Assembly (NCBI GenBank): GCA_963816395.1
Contig: CAWFKQ010000009.1
Span: forward strand, 128,001 to 192,000
Direction: 5' to 3'
DNA from: an uncultured delta proteobacterium
Lineage (GTDB): Bacteria > Desulfobacterota > Desulfuromonadia > Desulfuromonadales > JACZKF01
Length of the DNA stretch: 64,000 nt
The notes under the pieces were generated by a model. The model searched no databases, had not been told where the DNA came from, and was given only the letters and a program-made list of their open reading frames with translations. Positions 23,787 to 38,843 of this stretch are shown here, in pieces. The position numbers and the translations under genes were made by a program. Positions within the stretch are counted from its first letter, which is position 1. Each line of letters begins with the position of its first letter.

Positions 23787-24500
23787 ATGAGCGTCACCGT
23801 TCTAATCCCTGCCGCAGGCTCCGGCAGCCGCATGGGGGGCGCCGTAAACAAGCAGTACCTGACTCTTGGCGAGCTGCCAATCCTCGCTCATACCCTCTCC
23901 CTGTTCAATCAGCACCCTGCGATCGAGCGGATCTTCGTCATTGCTCCGCAGGAAGAGATCGCCTACTGCAGCTCCCAAATCGTGGAACATTACCGATTCA
24001 ACAAGGTCCGGGCAGTCATCGCCGGCGGCGCCGAGCGTCAGGACTCCGTGCGCAATGGCCTGCGCGCCTGCGGCGCCGCTGATGAAGAGATCATCCTGAT
24101 TCATGATGGTGCCAGGCCCTTTCTGCCTTCCGAGCTGATCGGAGAAGTAATCGCGGTCGCTGGGCGCGTCGGAGGCTGCATCGTCGGCGTGCCGGTCAAG
24201 GATACGATCAAAGAGGTGGAGGCCGGATGCATTGCGGGGACTCCCGACCGAAGCCGGCTGTGGCAGGCCCAGACTCCCCAGGCCTTTCCCTGCCGGATTA
24301 TCAGGGAAGCCCATGAGCGGGCCTGGCGGGAAGGCTTTCGCGGCACCGATGACGCCTCTCTGGTCGAACGTCTCGGGCAGCCGGTGGCCATGGTGACCGG
24401 CTGCTATCGCAACCTTAAAATCACCACACCCGAGGATATGGTCCTGGCCCGGGCGTTTCTGGAGGAGGACTCTCATGCTGCGCATCGGCCACGGCTATGA
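23787..24500 (+). CDS. ispD: MEP cytidylyltransferase IspD
   Basis: [45 protein letters not shown]. Confidence 0.96.
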   Translation: MSVTVLIPAAGSGSRMGGAVNKQYLTLGELPILAHTLSLFNQHPAIERIFVIAPQEEIAYCSSQIVEHYRFNKVRAVIAGGAERQDSVRNGLRACGAADEEIILIHDGARPFLPSELIGEVIAVAGRVGGCIVGVPVKDTIKEVEAGCIAGTPDRSRLWQAQTPQAFPCRIIREAHERAWREGFRGTDDASLVERLGQPVAMVTGCYRNLKITTPEDMVLARAFLEEDSHAAHRPRL

Positions 24501-24972
24501 CGTGCACCGCCTCACGGCGGAGCGCAAGCTGATTCTCGGCGGGGTCGAGATCCCCTACAGTTATGGCCTGCTCGGCCATTCGGATGCGGACGTTCTGCTC
24601 CACGCCGTCTGTGACGCCCTGCTCGGGGCCTTGGGAGCCGGAGACATCGGCCGCCATTTTCCCGACTCCGATCCGCGATTCAAGGGCATTTCCAGTCTCA
24701 AGCTGTTGCGGGAGGTGATGGCCTTGGCGGCCGGGCAAGGCTATGTCATCGGCAACCTCGATGTTACCGTCATCGCCCAGCGGCCGAAACTCGCTCCCTA
24801 TATCGGTTCCATGGTGGAGAACCTTGCCGCTGCCTGTCGCACCGATAACTCGCGGGTGAACGTCAAGGCGACGACGACGGAGGAACTCGGCTTCGAAGGG
24901 CGGGGTGAAGGTATTTCCGCCCACGCCGTGGTGCTGTTGCGCGCCAGCGGCGGCGAGCGGCCGCCGATTTGA
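24475..24972 (+). CDS. ispF: MECDP synthase IspF
   Basis: [31 protein letters not shown]. Confidence 0.97.
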   Translation: MLRIGHGYDVHRLTAERKLILGGVEIPYSYGLLGHSDADVLLHAVCDALLGALGAGDIGRHFPDSDPRFKGISSLKLLREVMALAAGQGYVIGNLDVTVIAQRPKLAPYIGSMVENLAAACRTDNSRVNVKATTTEELGFEGRGEGISAHAVVLLRASGGERPPI

Positions 24973-25010
24973 ATTTTGTTCTTTCCATCCTGCCGGAAAA
25001 GGAAACACAA

Positions 25011-26698
25011 GTGCCAACGACCACCGAAAATACACCAGCAGCGAATTTCATTCGCAATATCGTCAGCGAAGATCTGCGGAGCGGTCGGCGCGACCGGGTG
25101 GTGACCCGCTTTCCGCCGGAGCCGAACGGTTATCTGCACATCGGCCATGCCAAATCGATCTGCCTCAACTTCGGCCTGGCCGCCGCTTTCGGCGGCCGCT
25201 GTCATCTGCGCATGGACGACACCAATCCGGAGAAGGAGAGCTGTGAATACGCCGAGGCGATCCAGGAAGCGGTGCGCTGGCTCGGTTTCGATTGGGGCGA
25301 ACACCTCTATTTCGCCTCCGATTACTACGAGCGGCTTTACCAGTGGGCCGAGGAACTGATCCGGACCGGCAAGGCCTATGTCGACAGCCTCAATGCCGAG
25401 CAGGTCCGGGAATATCGCGGCACCCTCACCGAGGCGGGTCAGGAGAGTCCCTGCCGGAACCGCCCGCCAGCGGAAAATCTGGACCTGTTCCGCCGCATGC
25501 GAGGCGGCGAATTCGCCGACGGCAGCCATACCCTGCGGGCGAAAATCGACATGGCTTCGCCCAACCTCAACCTGCGCGACCCGGTGCTCTATCGGATTCA
25601 GCGCCTGCCGCACTACCGCACCGGCGATTCCTGGTGCATTTACCCGATGTACGATTTTGCCCACCCGCTCTCGGATGCCATCGAGGAAGTAACCCATTCC
25701 ATCTGCACCCTGGAATTTGAGGACCACCGCCCCCTTTACGACTGGTTCATCGAAAACCTGACGGTCCCGGCCCGTCCTCAGCAGATCGAATTCGCCCGAC
25801 TCAATCTCACCTACACCATGATGAGCAAGCGCAAGCTGCTGGAACTGGTCAGCCGGGGCAAGGTCAGCGGCTGGGACGATCCCCGCCTGCCGACCCTGGC
25901 CGGCCTGCGGCGGCGTGGCTATACGCCGGAGGCGATCCGTTCCTTCTGCGAGCGCATCGGAGTGGGCAAGACGGAGAGCTGGATCGAAATGAGCGTTCTC
26001 GAAGATTGCCTGCGCGACGACCTGAACCGCCGGGCACCGCGGGCGATGGCGGTGCTGCGGCCGCTGCGGGTGGTGATCGACAACTACCCGGAAGGGCAGG
26101 AAGAGGAGTTCGAGGCGCCCAACCACCCCGGTGCGCCGGAAATGGGAAGCCGGCCGGTGAAATTCTCCCGTGAGCTGTACATCGAACAAGACGATTTCCT
26201 GGAAGATCCGCCCAAGGGATATTTCCGTCTCGCGCCCGGACGGGAGGTGCGGCTGCGTTTCGCTTATGTCATCCGCTGCGAGCGGGTGGTGCGGGATGCG
26301 GGCGGTCACATCGTGCAGCTCCACTGCACCTATGATCCGGCGACGCGCGGCGGCGCCAATCCGGAAGGGCGCAAGGTCAAAGGGACCATTCACTGGGTTT
26401 CGGCGGCCCATGCCCAGGAGGCGGAGGTGCGCCTGTACGACCGGCTGTTCACCGTTCCCAATCCCGGCGGCAACAAGGATGTCGATTACCAGGCCTCTCT
26501 CAACCCCCCTCCCTGGAAGTGCTGACCGGCTGCAGGATCGAACCATGGCTGACAAAGGCGCTGCCGGAGAGCCGGTTCCAGTTTGAACGACTCGGCTATT
26601 TCTGCGTCGACGCCAAAGATGCCGTCCCCGGCCAAGCGGTATTCAACCGGTCGGTCACCCTGCGCGACTCCTGGACCAAAAGCGGCCGGGGAGAGTGA
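25011..26698 (+). CDS. glnS: Glutamine-tRNA ligase (frameshift in C-run near 26505)
   Basis: [19 protein letters not shown]; alternate frame gives [20 protein letters not shown]. Confidence 0.96.
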
Positions 26699-26976
26699 CG
26701 CCCGAAGAGCCCTTCGATCCGCCTCCGCCCATCAGTTTCAGAAAAAGAGCGCTCCGCAGCTTAAGCTGCGGTGCCGGGCAGTAATCGCCCATCAATTGGA
26801 GGGGCATCACCTGGCGTCCGGCCAGATTCAGGAAAATTGAGAGCAACTTTCTTTGTGCCGCCGCGGCAAGACGAGGACGAACGGCGGAAAGCGGCCGGGA
26901 AAGAAAACCGCATGAACTTTGAGATATTCCCATCTTCCGTCCCCCGCCCCCTCCCGACCACCATGGTACTTTCGCG

Positions 26977-28813
26977 ATGAAGAAAATCCTGCGGGTATTT
27001 ATCGCCAGTCTCGATCCTCTGCTGGCCGAGTCCTTGACCACCTTGGTGACCAGTGCCGGCCATGAGCCGGAGATTCTGACCGGCCCCTGTTTCCAGGCCG
27101 TCCGCGAGCGGACGCCGGATCTCCTTCTGCTTGATCTCGCCGGGGAGGAAGACTGGAAAAGATCTGCTGCGACGACTGGTGCGTCACCGGCTCACCGTTC
27201 GCACGGCGGTCATCGTCCTGTCGCAGCGCGCGGATCTGGAATATGAAATGATCGATGCCTTCGATTTTCTGACCCGCCCTCCCGAGCCCCGGCAGCTGTA
27301 GGAGGATCTGGCGCTTCTGGCTGAAAAGCAGGAAGGCGGCCAGAGTACATCCCCTCAGCCACTGGAAGCCGGCGAGGCCCGGTTCTTTCAGGACTTCCTC
27401 CATCTGCACGCTGGCCTGCATTTTGACCAGAAAAACCTACGGATGCTGGAACGGGGTCTGCACCGCCGTATGCAGGCGGTCCAGGCCCACGACTACTCCA
27501 GCTATTTTCGCTACCTGGAAAGGCATTACGAAAGGCGGGGAGAGCTGAAGAAGCTTCTCAGCCTGTTGACCATCGGAGAAACCTACTTTTTCCGCTATCG
27601 CTCCGACCGCGAAGCCCTGGTGCAGCATGTCCTCCCGGAGTTGATCCGTCACCGGAGCGCCGAGCGCAGCCTGCGCATCTGGTCGGCGGGATGTTCGACG
27701 GGCGAAGAGCCCTATTCAATCGCCATTCTCCTGCTGGAGCATTTTCCGCAGCTTGCCGATTGGAACATCGATATCCTCGCCACCGATATCAACAAGCGTT
27801 CCCTACGCCAGGCCCGGCAGGGGATATATCGTGCCCATGCCCTGCGGCTGACGGCCGGCCCCTACCGGGAAAAGTATTTCTCCCCTCTCGGAGACGACCT
27901 GTTCATGCTCAATCCCCGGGTCCGCCGTCTGGTCCGTTTCGCCTACCACAATCTGCAGGCAGCTGAATCCCCCATTGGCAACAGCGCGCAAAAACCGGAT
28001 CTGATCTTTTGCCGCAATGTGTTGATATATTTCCGCCGGGAAACTTTCGGAAAGATCATCGAACAGTTTCACCGTTATCTGGAGCCGGGGGGCTATCTCT
28101 TCCTCGGCCATGCGGAGAGCCTTGCCGGAACCGATCTTTTCCGCCGGACCCACCAGCAGGGTGCTTTCTTCTATCAGCGCCAGGACCTCCCGAAGCCGGA
28201 TGGCGCGCAGTCCCTTGCCTCTGATTCCACTCCCGCTGCCGATCCGCTGGGGAAGATGCCGAAGCTCTTACCGGCGCCCCTTCGGCCGGAGGTAAAACGG
28301 CCGAATCCCGCCGATCTCCTGCGGCTTGCCCGAGAGGCCTTCGACCGGGAGGATTTTGCCGGCGCAAGCAGCCTGTTTGCCGAGATCCTCCAGTCTTTTC
28401 CCGAACATGTCGATGCACTGATCGGGCAGGGCCTGATCCTGGCCAATCAGGGGCGCTACCAGGAGGCCCGCCAGCTCTGTGCCAGGGCCATTCGCTTCAA
28501 TGATCTCTGCCCGGAGGCCTATTTGCTGCGCGGCTTGATCCTCGATATGGAGGAGGAGCCGGAACGGGCCGCAGTCGAATACCAGAAGGTCCTCTGGCTG
28601 CAGATGGATTTCATCATGCCGCGCTATTACCTGAGCAAGCTTCACCGGCGCCTGGGGCGGACAACGGAGGCGATCCGGGAATTGCGGACTGTAATGCGTC
28701 AGCTGCAGAAGCTGGATCCGGAGGCGGTACTGCCCTTTTCCGGCGGTCTGTCGCGCGAGGTTTTTCTGGAGATCTGTCGGGAGGAGCTGGCAAGAATGTC
28801 TCCCGATTATTGA
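26977..28813 (+). CDS. cheR: REC-like + CheR methyltransferase + TPR protein (frameshift near 27155, in-frame TAG 27299)
   Basis: TIGETYFFR, IWSAGCSTGEEPYS, DLIFCRNVLIYF, LGHAES; C-terminal TPRs; N-terminal PDLLLLD receiver-like segment. Confidence 0.88.
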
Positions 28814-28946
28814 GGTATGCCCGGAAAGCCGGTTCTCGGTGGATGATTGTTTTAATTGCAATTAACTATATTTTTCTCTTCTTCCGAGGAGAATACCTCG
28901 ACCCCCTTTCTGCTGGCAACCCTACGCAAAACAGGGATTTAATTCA

Positions 28947-28976
28947 TTGACATGAAATAGAACAAGATTATAGGAT
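28947..28976 (+). promoter_or_regulatory. Putative sigma70 promoter of chemosensory operon
   Basis: TTGACA, 18-nt spacer, TAGGAT in an AT-rich intergenic region. Confidence 0.55.
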
Positions 28977-29130
28977 TAACCCGGATCCCCTCTCTTTTGC
29001 CTACCGTGGCGTGCCGCCAAAAAGATCTGTCTACTGCCGCAGCCCCGGGCAAAATGACCAATCGTTTTTCAACCTGCCGAGCTCACCGGCCTGGCACTCA
29101 CCCACCCGCTCAAGCCAATGGAGCCCCTCT

Positions 29131-29502
29131 ATGGCAAAACGCATAGTCATTATCGATGACAGCCAGCTGGTGCTGGCCATGGCCGCCGATATTCTCAAAG
29201 GAGCCGGCTACGATGTCTTCGCCACCGACAGCGGCATAGAGGCCAACCAGTACATCTATTCCGTGCAGCCGCCGGATCTGATCCTGATCGATGTCATGAT
29301 GCCCTTGCTGAACGGCGACCGGAAGGTGCGACTGCTGAAGGAGCGGGAGAAAAGCCGGGCTATTCCCGTGGTGCTGATGTCGAGCAAGCCGGAAGAGGAG
29401 CTGCAGAACCTGGCCCGGGAATCGGGAGCGGACGGTTATATCCGCAAGCCCTTCAAGCCGCAGGCGTTCCTCGAGCAGGTGGAACGTTTTCTGAACTCCT
29501 GA
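29131..29502 (+). CDS. Single-domain response regulator (CheY-like)
   Basis: IIDDS, PDLILIDVMMP, MSS, YIRKP. Confidence 0.92.
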   Translation: MAKRIVIIDDSQLVLAMAADILKGAGYDVFATDSGIEANQYIYSVQPPDLILIDVMMPLLNGDRKVRLLKEREKSRAIPVVLMSSKPEEELQNLARESGADGYIRKPFKPQAFLEQVERFLNS

Positions 29503-29507
29503 CCGCC

Positions 29508-30053
29508 ATGAACAGACACTCGACCTACGACATCGGTAAAATCCTCAGTGAAATGCGGGAAGAATACCGCCGCGGCATCGAGGAGACCGGCGAGGCTGCG
29601 GCAGAAACCGGGGATTTCCTGGTGTTCCGCCTTTCGGGGGAGCGTTTCGGGGTGCCGACCGCAACCGCCAGGGAGGTCTTGCGCCTGCCGAAGCTGGTGC
29701 GCGTGCCGCGGGTTCCCGAGTCGATTCAGGGGGTGATCAATCTGCGCGGGCAGATCGTTGCCGTTACGGATCTGCGGCCGCTGCTCGGTCTGGCCGGACG
29801 GGAGATTCCCGCCGCCGCCCGGCTCATCGTGGCGGAGGCAGCGGGACTGACCACTGCCCTGCTGGCGGAACAGGTGGATGGGATCCGCTCCCTGCCGCTT
29901 GACGCTATCGAACCCCTGACTTCCGGCCTGCCCGGTTTTCCGCGGGAAGCGGTGGCCGGGCAGGTGGCTGTGGACGGGGGTTTTCTGATCCTGCTCGATC
30001 TGGCACATATCCTCTCCCGTCCGGAAATGGTCATCGATCAGCAAGGCGAGTAG
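29508..30053 (+). CDS. cheW: CheW coupling protein
   Basis: LVFRL..ERFGV, VPRVP..IQGVINLRGQIVAVTDL. Confidence 0.93.
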   Translation: MNRHSTYDIGKILSEMREEYRRGIEETGEAAAETGDFLVFRLSGERFGVPTATAREVLRLPKLVRVPRVPESIQGVINLRGQIVAVTDLRPLLGLAGREIPAAARLIVAEAAGLTTALLAEQVDGIRSLPLDAIEPLTSGLPGFPREAVAGQVAVDGGFLILLDLAHILSRPEMVIDQQGE

Positions 30054-30095
30054 GCCGCTCCGGCCGTCGTCTTCCATTCCTTTTTTGAGGGTGTC

Positions 30096-31874
30096 ATGTA
30101 TCACTGGTTGACGGACCGGATTTCGAAGAAGATCGTTGTCACCCTGATTCTCGTGCTGACGTTGATCATGGCCCTATTCACCCACCTGCTGACCCAGCAC
30201 CGGGGTGAGGTTCTGCGCCAGCAGCTCTTGACCAAGGCGCGCACCATGGCCCTGGTGGGCGCCCGGATGATGCAGCGGGTGCTGGAAGACGGCATCGACA
30301 GCGGCCGTTTCACCCGCGAGGAGATCTTCGATACCAATTATCGTCCAATTACCGAAGGATCTCTCGCCGGGGCGGCGATTCCCAAATATCATACCGCCTA
30401 CGATACCTACCTGGACCAGAAAATCGCCGAGATCCAGGACACCTTCGTCAACGAAGACAGCATGGTGGCATTCGCCGTGCTGGTCGATCGTAACGGCTAC
30501 CTGCCGACCCACAACAGCCGCTATTCCCTGCCTCTTACCGGCGATCCCGAGAAGGACAAGACCGGAAACCGCACCAAACGGATTTTCAATGATCCGACCG
30601 GTCTTGCCGCCGCCCACTACGACGGCAAGGATGGCCAGAAGATCCTGCGGCAGATCTATCGCCGCGATACCGGGGAGACGATGTGGGACATTTCGGCACC
30701 GGTCTTCGTCAAGGGAGAACACTGGGGAGCGTTCCGCATCGGCTTCTCCATCCGCGAGATCGATCAGACGATTGCCAGCCTGCGCAATACGGTGGGCTTT
30801 TCGATGCTGGCGGTGCTGCTGGTCGCCTCCCTGACCATTTTCCTGGTGGTGGGGTGGGTGACCCGGCCCCTGAAGCGGCTGACCGAAGTGGCCGACCGGA
30901 TCGCCGAAGGCCAGTTGGATGAGACGATCAGCATCGATTCCCGGGACGAAATCGGCAAGCTGGCTCGGGCGCTGAATAAAATGACCCAGGTCATCCTCAA
31001 GAATCTTCGCGCCGAGATCGACAGAAGCACGCGCCTGGTGGCCACGGTCAAGGAGGCGATTCAGCAGCTGTCCTCGAGCGCCAACGAGATCATGGCCATC
31101 GCCTCCCAGCAGTCCTCCGGCGCCACCCAGCAGGCCTCGGCGGTGCAGGAGGCTACCACCACCTCGGAAGAGATCGCCGTTACCGCCAAGCAGGTGGCGG
31201 AAAATTCCCGCCGGGTGGAAGGGATGGCGGAACAGGCGAGCATCGCCGGCAACCGCGGCATGGAAGCGATGGAAGAGGCGATCGGGGGGATGGACCAGCT
31301 CAAAGGGCAGGTCCTGTCGGTGGCCGAAGCGATGCTCGGGCTGGGGGAAAATTCGCAGAAGATCGGCGGCATCATCGACATCATCGACGAAATATCCGAT
31401 CAGACCAATCTGTTGGCGCTCAATGCCGCCATCGAAGCGGCCGGGGCGGGAGAAGCAGGAAAACGTTTTTCCATTGTCGCCAGCGAGGTGAAGCGCCTGG
31501 CGGAGCGAACCGCCGACGCCACAGGGCAGATCAAGGGCCTGATCGGTGAGATTCAACGCGCCACCAACAGCACCATCATGCTGACCGAAGAGGGAACCAA
31601 GGGCGTGGACGCGGCCAGTACCCTGGTGGGCAATATCTCGGAGGCGCTGAAAAACATCCTGCACATGGTGAATGAAACCACCGAGGCGGCACGGGAGATC
31701 AAGCTTTCCACCCAGCAGCAGACCACCGCCAGCGAACAGATGGCGGAGACCATCGCCGAAGTGCGTGATGTAGCAACTCAGGTGGCGGCCAGTGCCGAGG
31801 AGACCGCGCAGTCGATCGCCGAGCTGACCTCCCTGACCGAGCGCCTGAAGGATTTGGCGGAGGATGAGGGTTAG
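30096..31874 (+). CDS. Methyl-accepting chemotaxis protein (TM-sensor-TM-HAMP-MA)
   Basis: Two TM helices, HAMP (DEIGKLARALNKM), QTNLLALNAAIEAA..GEAGKRFSIVA.EVKRLA. Confidence 0.95.
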   Translation: MYHWLTDRISKKIVVTLILVLTLIMALFTHLLTQHRGEVLRQQLLTKARTMALVGARMMQRVLEDGIDSGRFTREEIFDTNYRPITEGSLAGAAIPKYHTAYDTYLDQKIAEIQDTFVNEDSMVAFAVLVDRNGYLPTHNSRYSLPLTGDPEKDKTGNRTKRIFNDPTGLAAAHYDGKDGQKILRQIYRRDTGETMWDISAPVFVKGEHWGAFRIGFSIREIDQTIASLRNTVGFSMLAVLLVASLTIFLVVGWVTRPLKRLTEVADRIAEGQLDETISIDSRDEIGKLARALNKMTQVILKNLRAEIDRSTRLVATVKEAIQQLSSSANEIMAIASQQSSGATQQASAVQEATTTSEEIAVTAKQVAENSRRVEGMAEQASIAGNRGMEAMEEAIGGMDQLKGQVLSVAEAMLGLGENSQKIGGIIDIIDEISDQTNLLALNAAIEAAGAGEAGKRFSIVASEVKRLAERTADATGQIKGLIGEIQRATNSTIMLTEEGTKGVDAASTLVGNISEALKNILHMVNETTEAAREIKLSTQQQTTASEQMAETIAEVRDVATQVAASAEETAQSIAELTSLTERLKDLAEDEG

Positions 31875-33962
31875 TGGACAGCCGCCGCTACATTGAGGTC
31901 TTCGCCCGCGAGGCCGAGGAGCACCTGCAGATCCTGCGCGATGGTTTTCTGCTGCTGGAAAAGGAGGGATTGGCCGCGCCGCTGGTGCAGGAGCTGCTGC
32001 GTAGCGCCCATACCCTGAAAGGTTCGGCAGGGCTGCTCGACCTGGGGACCCTGGTCCAGATTTCCCACCAGATGGAGGAAATCCTCAAGGAAGTGGAAGG
32101 GGGGGTCCGTCCGCTCTCTGCCGAACTCATCGATCTGCTGCTGATGGCACTCGATGCCCTGGAAGCGCTGGTTGCCGAGGCGGTAGCCGGCGGCGAGTCG
32201 CGCCTCGAGGTGTCGGCTATCCTGGAGGCGCTGCAGACAGGCAAAATGGGCGAGCGGCCGATGCACGCTCCCGCTCCGGAGAAGGCCGAACGGGAGATGG
32301 TCCGTGCCAGCGTCGCCCGGCTCGATCAGATAGCCAATCTCACTGGCGAATTACTGATTCTGCGCCGGTTTCTGGAGGAGCGCAACCGCCAGGCCGCTTT
32401 GCTGGATAAACGTCAGGAAGCTTTCGTGCGGTATTTGCGCAAGGGGGAAGACTACCCCCTGGCGAAAGGGATCGCCGATGATCTGCGGCGGCTCAGCGTC
32501 GAGATGGATCGAGACCTGCAGAATCTGGCCTATCTCACCCGCGAATTGCAGCAGGGAGCGATGGAACTGCGTCTGCTCCCGCTCTCCACCATCACCGGCG
32601 AGTTCGGCCGGCTGGTTCGGGACCTGGCGCGCGATCTGGGCAAGGAGGCCAGCCTGCTCGTACACGGGGAGGAAGTCGAGCTTGACCGGACCATGCTGGA
32701 GGTGGCCAAACCGATGCTGCTGCACCTGCTGCGCAACTCGGTCGATCACGGGATCGAATCTCCCGAGGAGCGCCGGCGGGCGGGAAAGCCGGCACCGGGG
32801 AAAATCGAGCTCACCGCCCGCTACGACAGGGGATTCGTTCAGCTGCTGCTGCGCGATGACGGCCGGGGCATCGATCCGGCCCTGGTCCGCCAGGTGGCCG
32901 TCGAACGGCGCCTGATGACGGCCGGCGGAGGCGAAAAACCTCACCGATGAGGAAGCGGTCTACCTAGTCCTGCGGCCGGGTTTCTCCACCCGGGAGTTCA
33001 TTACCGATGTTTCCGGGCGCGGCATCGGGATGGACGTGGTGAAAGCGAGCATCGACCGGGTAAAAGGGAATCTGATCATCCATTCTGAGGTCGGCCGGGG
33101 AACCGAGATGCATCTGCAGCTTCCACTGTCTCTGGCGGTCATCACCGGTCTGGTCTTCGAGTGCGGAGATCAGGTCTATGCCGTCCCCCTCAATTATGTT
33201 TCGGAAGTCCTGCGGCTTTCCCCGGCCGACATTCTTCTCGAGGGTGGACGGGAGGTGGTAAGGGTGGGGAACAAAACCCTCCCGCTGTTCTCCCTGGCCG
33301 AGATTTTCGGCCAACCGGCCGCCACTCCCCAGCGGCTGACCGCCCTGGTTCTGCATTTTCAGGAGCGCCAGGCCGCTTTTGTAGTCAAAAACTCCCTCGG
33401 GGTGCAGGAACTGGTCGTCAGGGGCCTGGGCAGTCAGTTGAAGAGGGTCGAATTTTTCTCCGGGGCAACCATTCTCGGGGATGGTTCGCCGGCCCTGATC
33501 CTTTCCGTCGTCGATCTTTTCGGTGAAGGCGCGATCGGCTCCGGTGCGCGGCTGAAACAGCAGGTTCCGGCCAAGGCCGTGCAAAAGGGCAGGATCCTGG
33601 TGGTTGACGATTCGATCACTACCCGCACCATGGAGAAGAACATCCTGGAAACCCATGGTTATCAGGTCACGGTAGCGGTTTCCGGCCCCGATGCCCTGGA
33701 GAAGCTGAACGTCACCGCCTTCGATCTCATCGTCAGCGATGTCGAGATGCCGGGAATGACCGGCTTCGAGCTCACCCGTCAGGTGCGGGACAATGAGCGG
33801 CTCCGGGACCTGCCGGTGGTCATCGTCACCTCGCTATCCTCCGATGAAGACCGGCGGCGCGGGATGGAGGTTGGCGCCCAGGCCTATATCGTCAAGGGGC
33901 ACTTCGATCAGGGGGTGCTGCTGGAGACGGTGGAGACGCTTGATCGGTTGAGGGAAAAATGA
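31874..33962 (+). CDS. cheA: Hybrid CheA kinase with C-terminal receiver (frameshift near 32930)
   Basis: Hpt AHTLKGS, HLLRNSVDHGIE, DDGRGID, GFST..SGRGIGMDVV, CheW-like P5, REC VVDDS..SDVEMP. Confidence 0.92.
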
Positions 33963-34973
33963 TCCGGGTTCTGATCGCCGATGACTCTCTGCTGACCCGT
34001 ATGGTGCTGCGGGACCTGCTTTCCCGCGACGCCGGAATCCAGGTCATTGCCGAAGCCGGCAATGGTCAGCAGGCGGTGGCAGGAGGCCCGCCGCCTGCGT
34101 CCCGACCTGATCATCATGGACGTGCAGATGCCGGTGATGGACGGACTGGCGGCGGTCGTGGAAATCATGGCCGATTGCCCGACGCCGATCCTCGTTCTTT
34201 CCGCCAGTGTGGCTCCCGGCGACAGCCGCTGCGCCTTCAATGCCATCCGCCATGGCGCCCTCGATGTGATGGGCAAACCGCAGGGGGGTGGCGAATCGTT
34301 GGAGGTCATTGCCGGGCAGCTGATCGAGAAGGTCAAAACCCTCGCCCGGGTGCGGGTCATTCACCACTTCCGCCGCCGTCCGGTAGCGCCGGCGCCGCCG
34401 GCCAACGGCGGGCGGCGGGACATTCTGGCGATCGGCGCCTCTACCGGCGGCCCGCCGGCGATCCTTCGCCTGTTGAAGGAATTCCCCCGCACCACCTCCG
34501 CCCGTATCCTCATCGTCCAGCATATCGCCGCCGGTTTCGCCGCCGGTTTTGCCGACTGGCTCAATCGCGAAACCGACCTTTCGGTGCGTCTGGCCCGCAC
34601 CGGCGACCCCTTGGAGCCGGGGATGGCCCTGGTCGCCCCGAACGGCAGCCATCTGCTGGTGCAAGGGGAGCGGGTCGTCCTCTCTCCGGACCCGCCGGTC
34701 AACAGCTGCCGTCCCTCGGTGGATGTGCTGTTCGCTTCCCTGGCGAATTGCCTGGCGGCCCGCACGGCGGCCGTCCTGCTCACCGGCATGGGCCGGGACG
34801 GCGCCGAAGGGATGGCGGCTCTGCGGCGCGCCGGCGCCTATACCATCGCCCAGGACGAGGGCAGCTGCGCTATTTTCGGCATGCCCAGGGTTGCCATCGA
34901 GGCCGGCTCGGCCATGCAGGTTCTGCCCCTCAACGATATCCCTTCCATGCTGCTTTCCCTCCTGCGACGCTAG
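33959..34973 (+). CDS. cheB: CheB methylesterase response regulator (frameshift near 34075)
   Basis: IADDS, MDVQMP, GASTGGP, VQHI, RPSVD, LTGMGRDGA. Confidence 0.94.
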
Positions 34974-35062
34974 CCCCGCACTTTCCATCCAGCCGCATTT
35001 ATGCTATTAAGAAGTGCCCGAAATGTCTCGGGCAGTAAGCCGTTTCAGGAGAAATTTCCGCC

Positions 35063-36541
<1,479 letters not shown>

Positions 36542-36627
36542 GCGCGGCGGGTGCATCCGGTCGGTCTCCTCCGGTACAATGTAAGGGCGCAGCACTGCGC
36601 CCTTATGTATTTCACAGGTAACGAAGA

Positions 36628-38625
<1,998 letters not shown>

Positions 38626-38659
38626 ATGAAGGCAAGACCCGAGCGCAGCGAAAATCGAT

Positions 38660-38703
38660 GATACTGCAAGGCCCTCCAAAAACTTGGAGGGCCTTGCAGT
38701 ATC
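38660..38703. repeat. Perfect 20-bp inverted repeat
   Basis: gatactgcaaggccctccaa-aaac-ttggagggccttgcagtatc. Confidence 0.9.
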
Positions 38704-38843
38704 GAACCTCAATGGAAAGCAGATCCGGTAGCGGGCCTACAGGGGAAAGGATAATTTTACCCTCTCCTCTGTCGACCGCTCGATTTCTTGCCTCCAGATG
38801 CAGGCTGGTCTGGGGATGTTATTATTAAAAGCAGGAGAGATGG

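Noticed and set aside
26755..26772. Palindrome ccgcagcttaagctgcgg as an attachment or insertion site for the chemosensory cluster
   Set aside because: No matching repeat found near 34974-35062 and no integrase or transposase; may be a simple hairpin after glnS.
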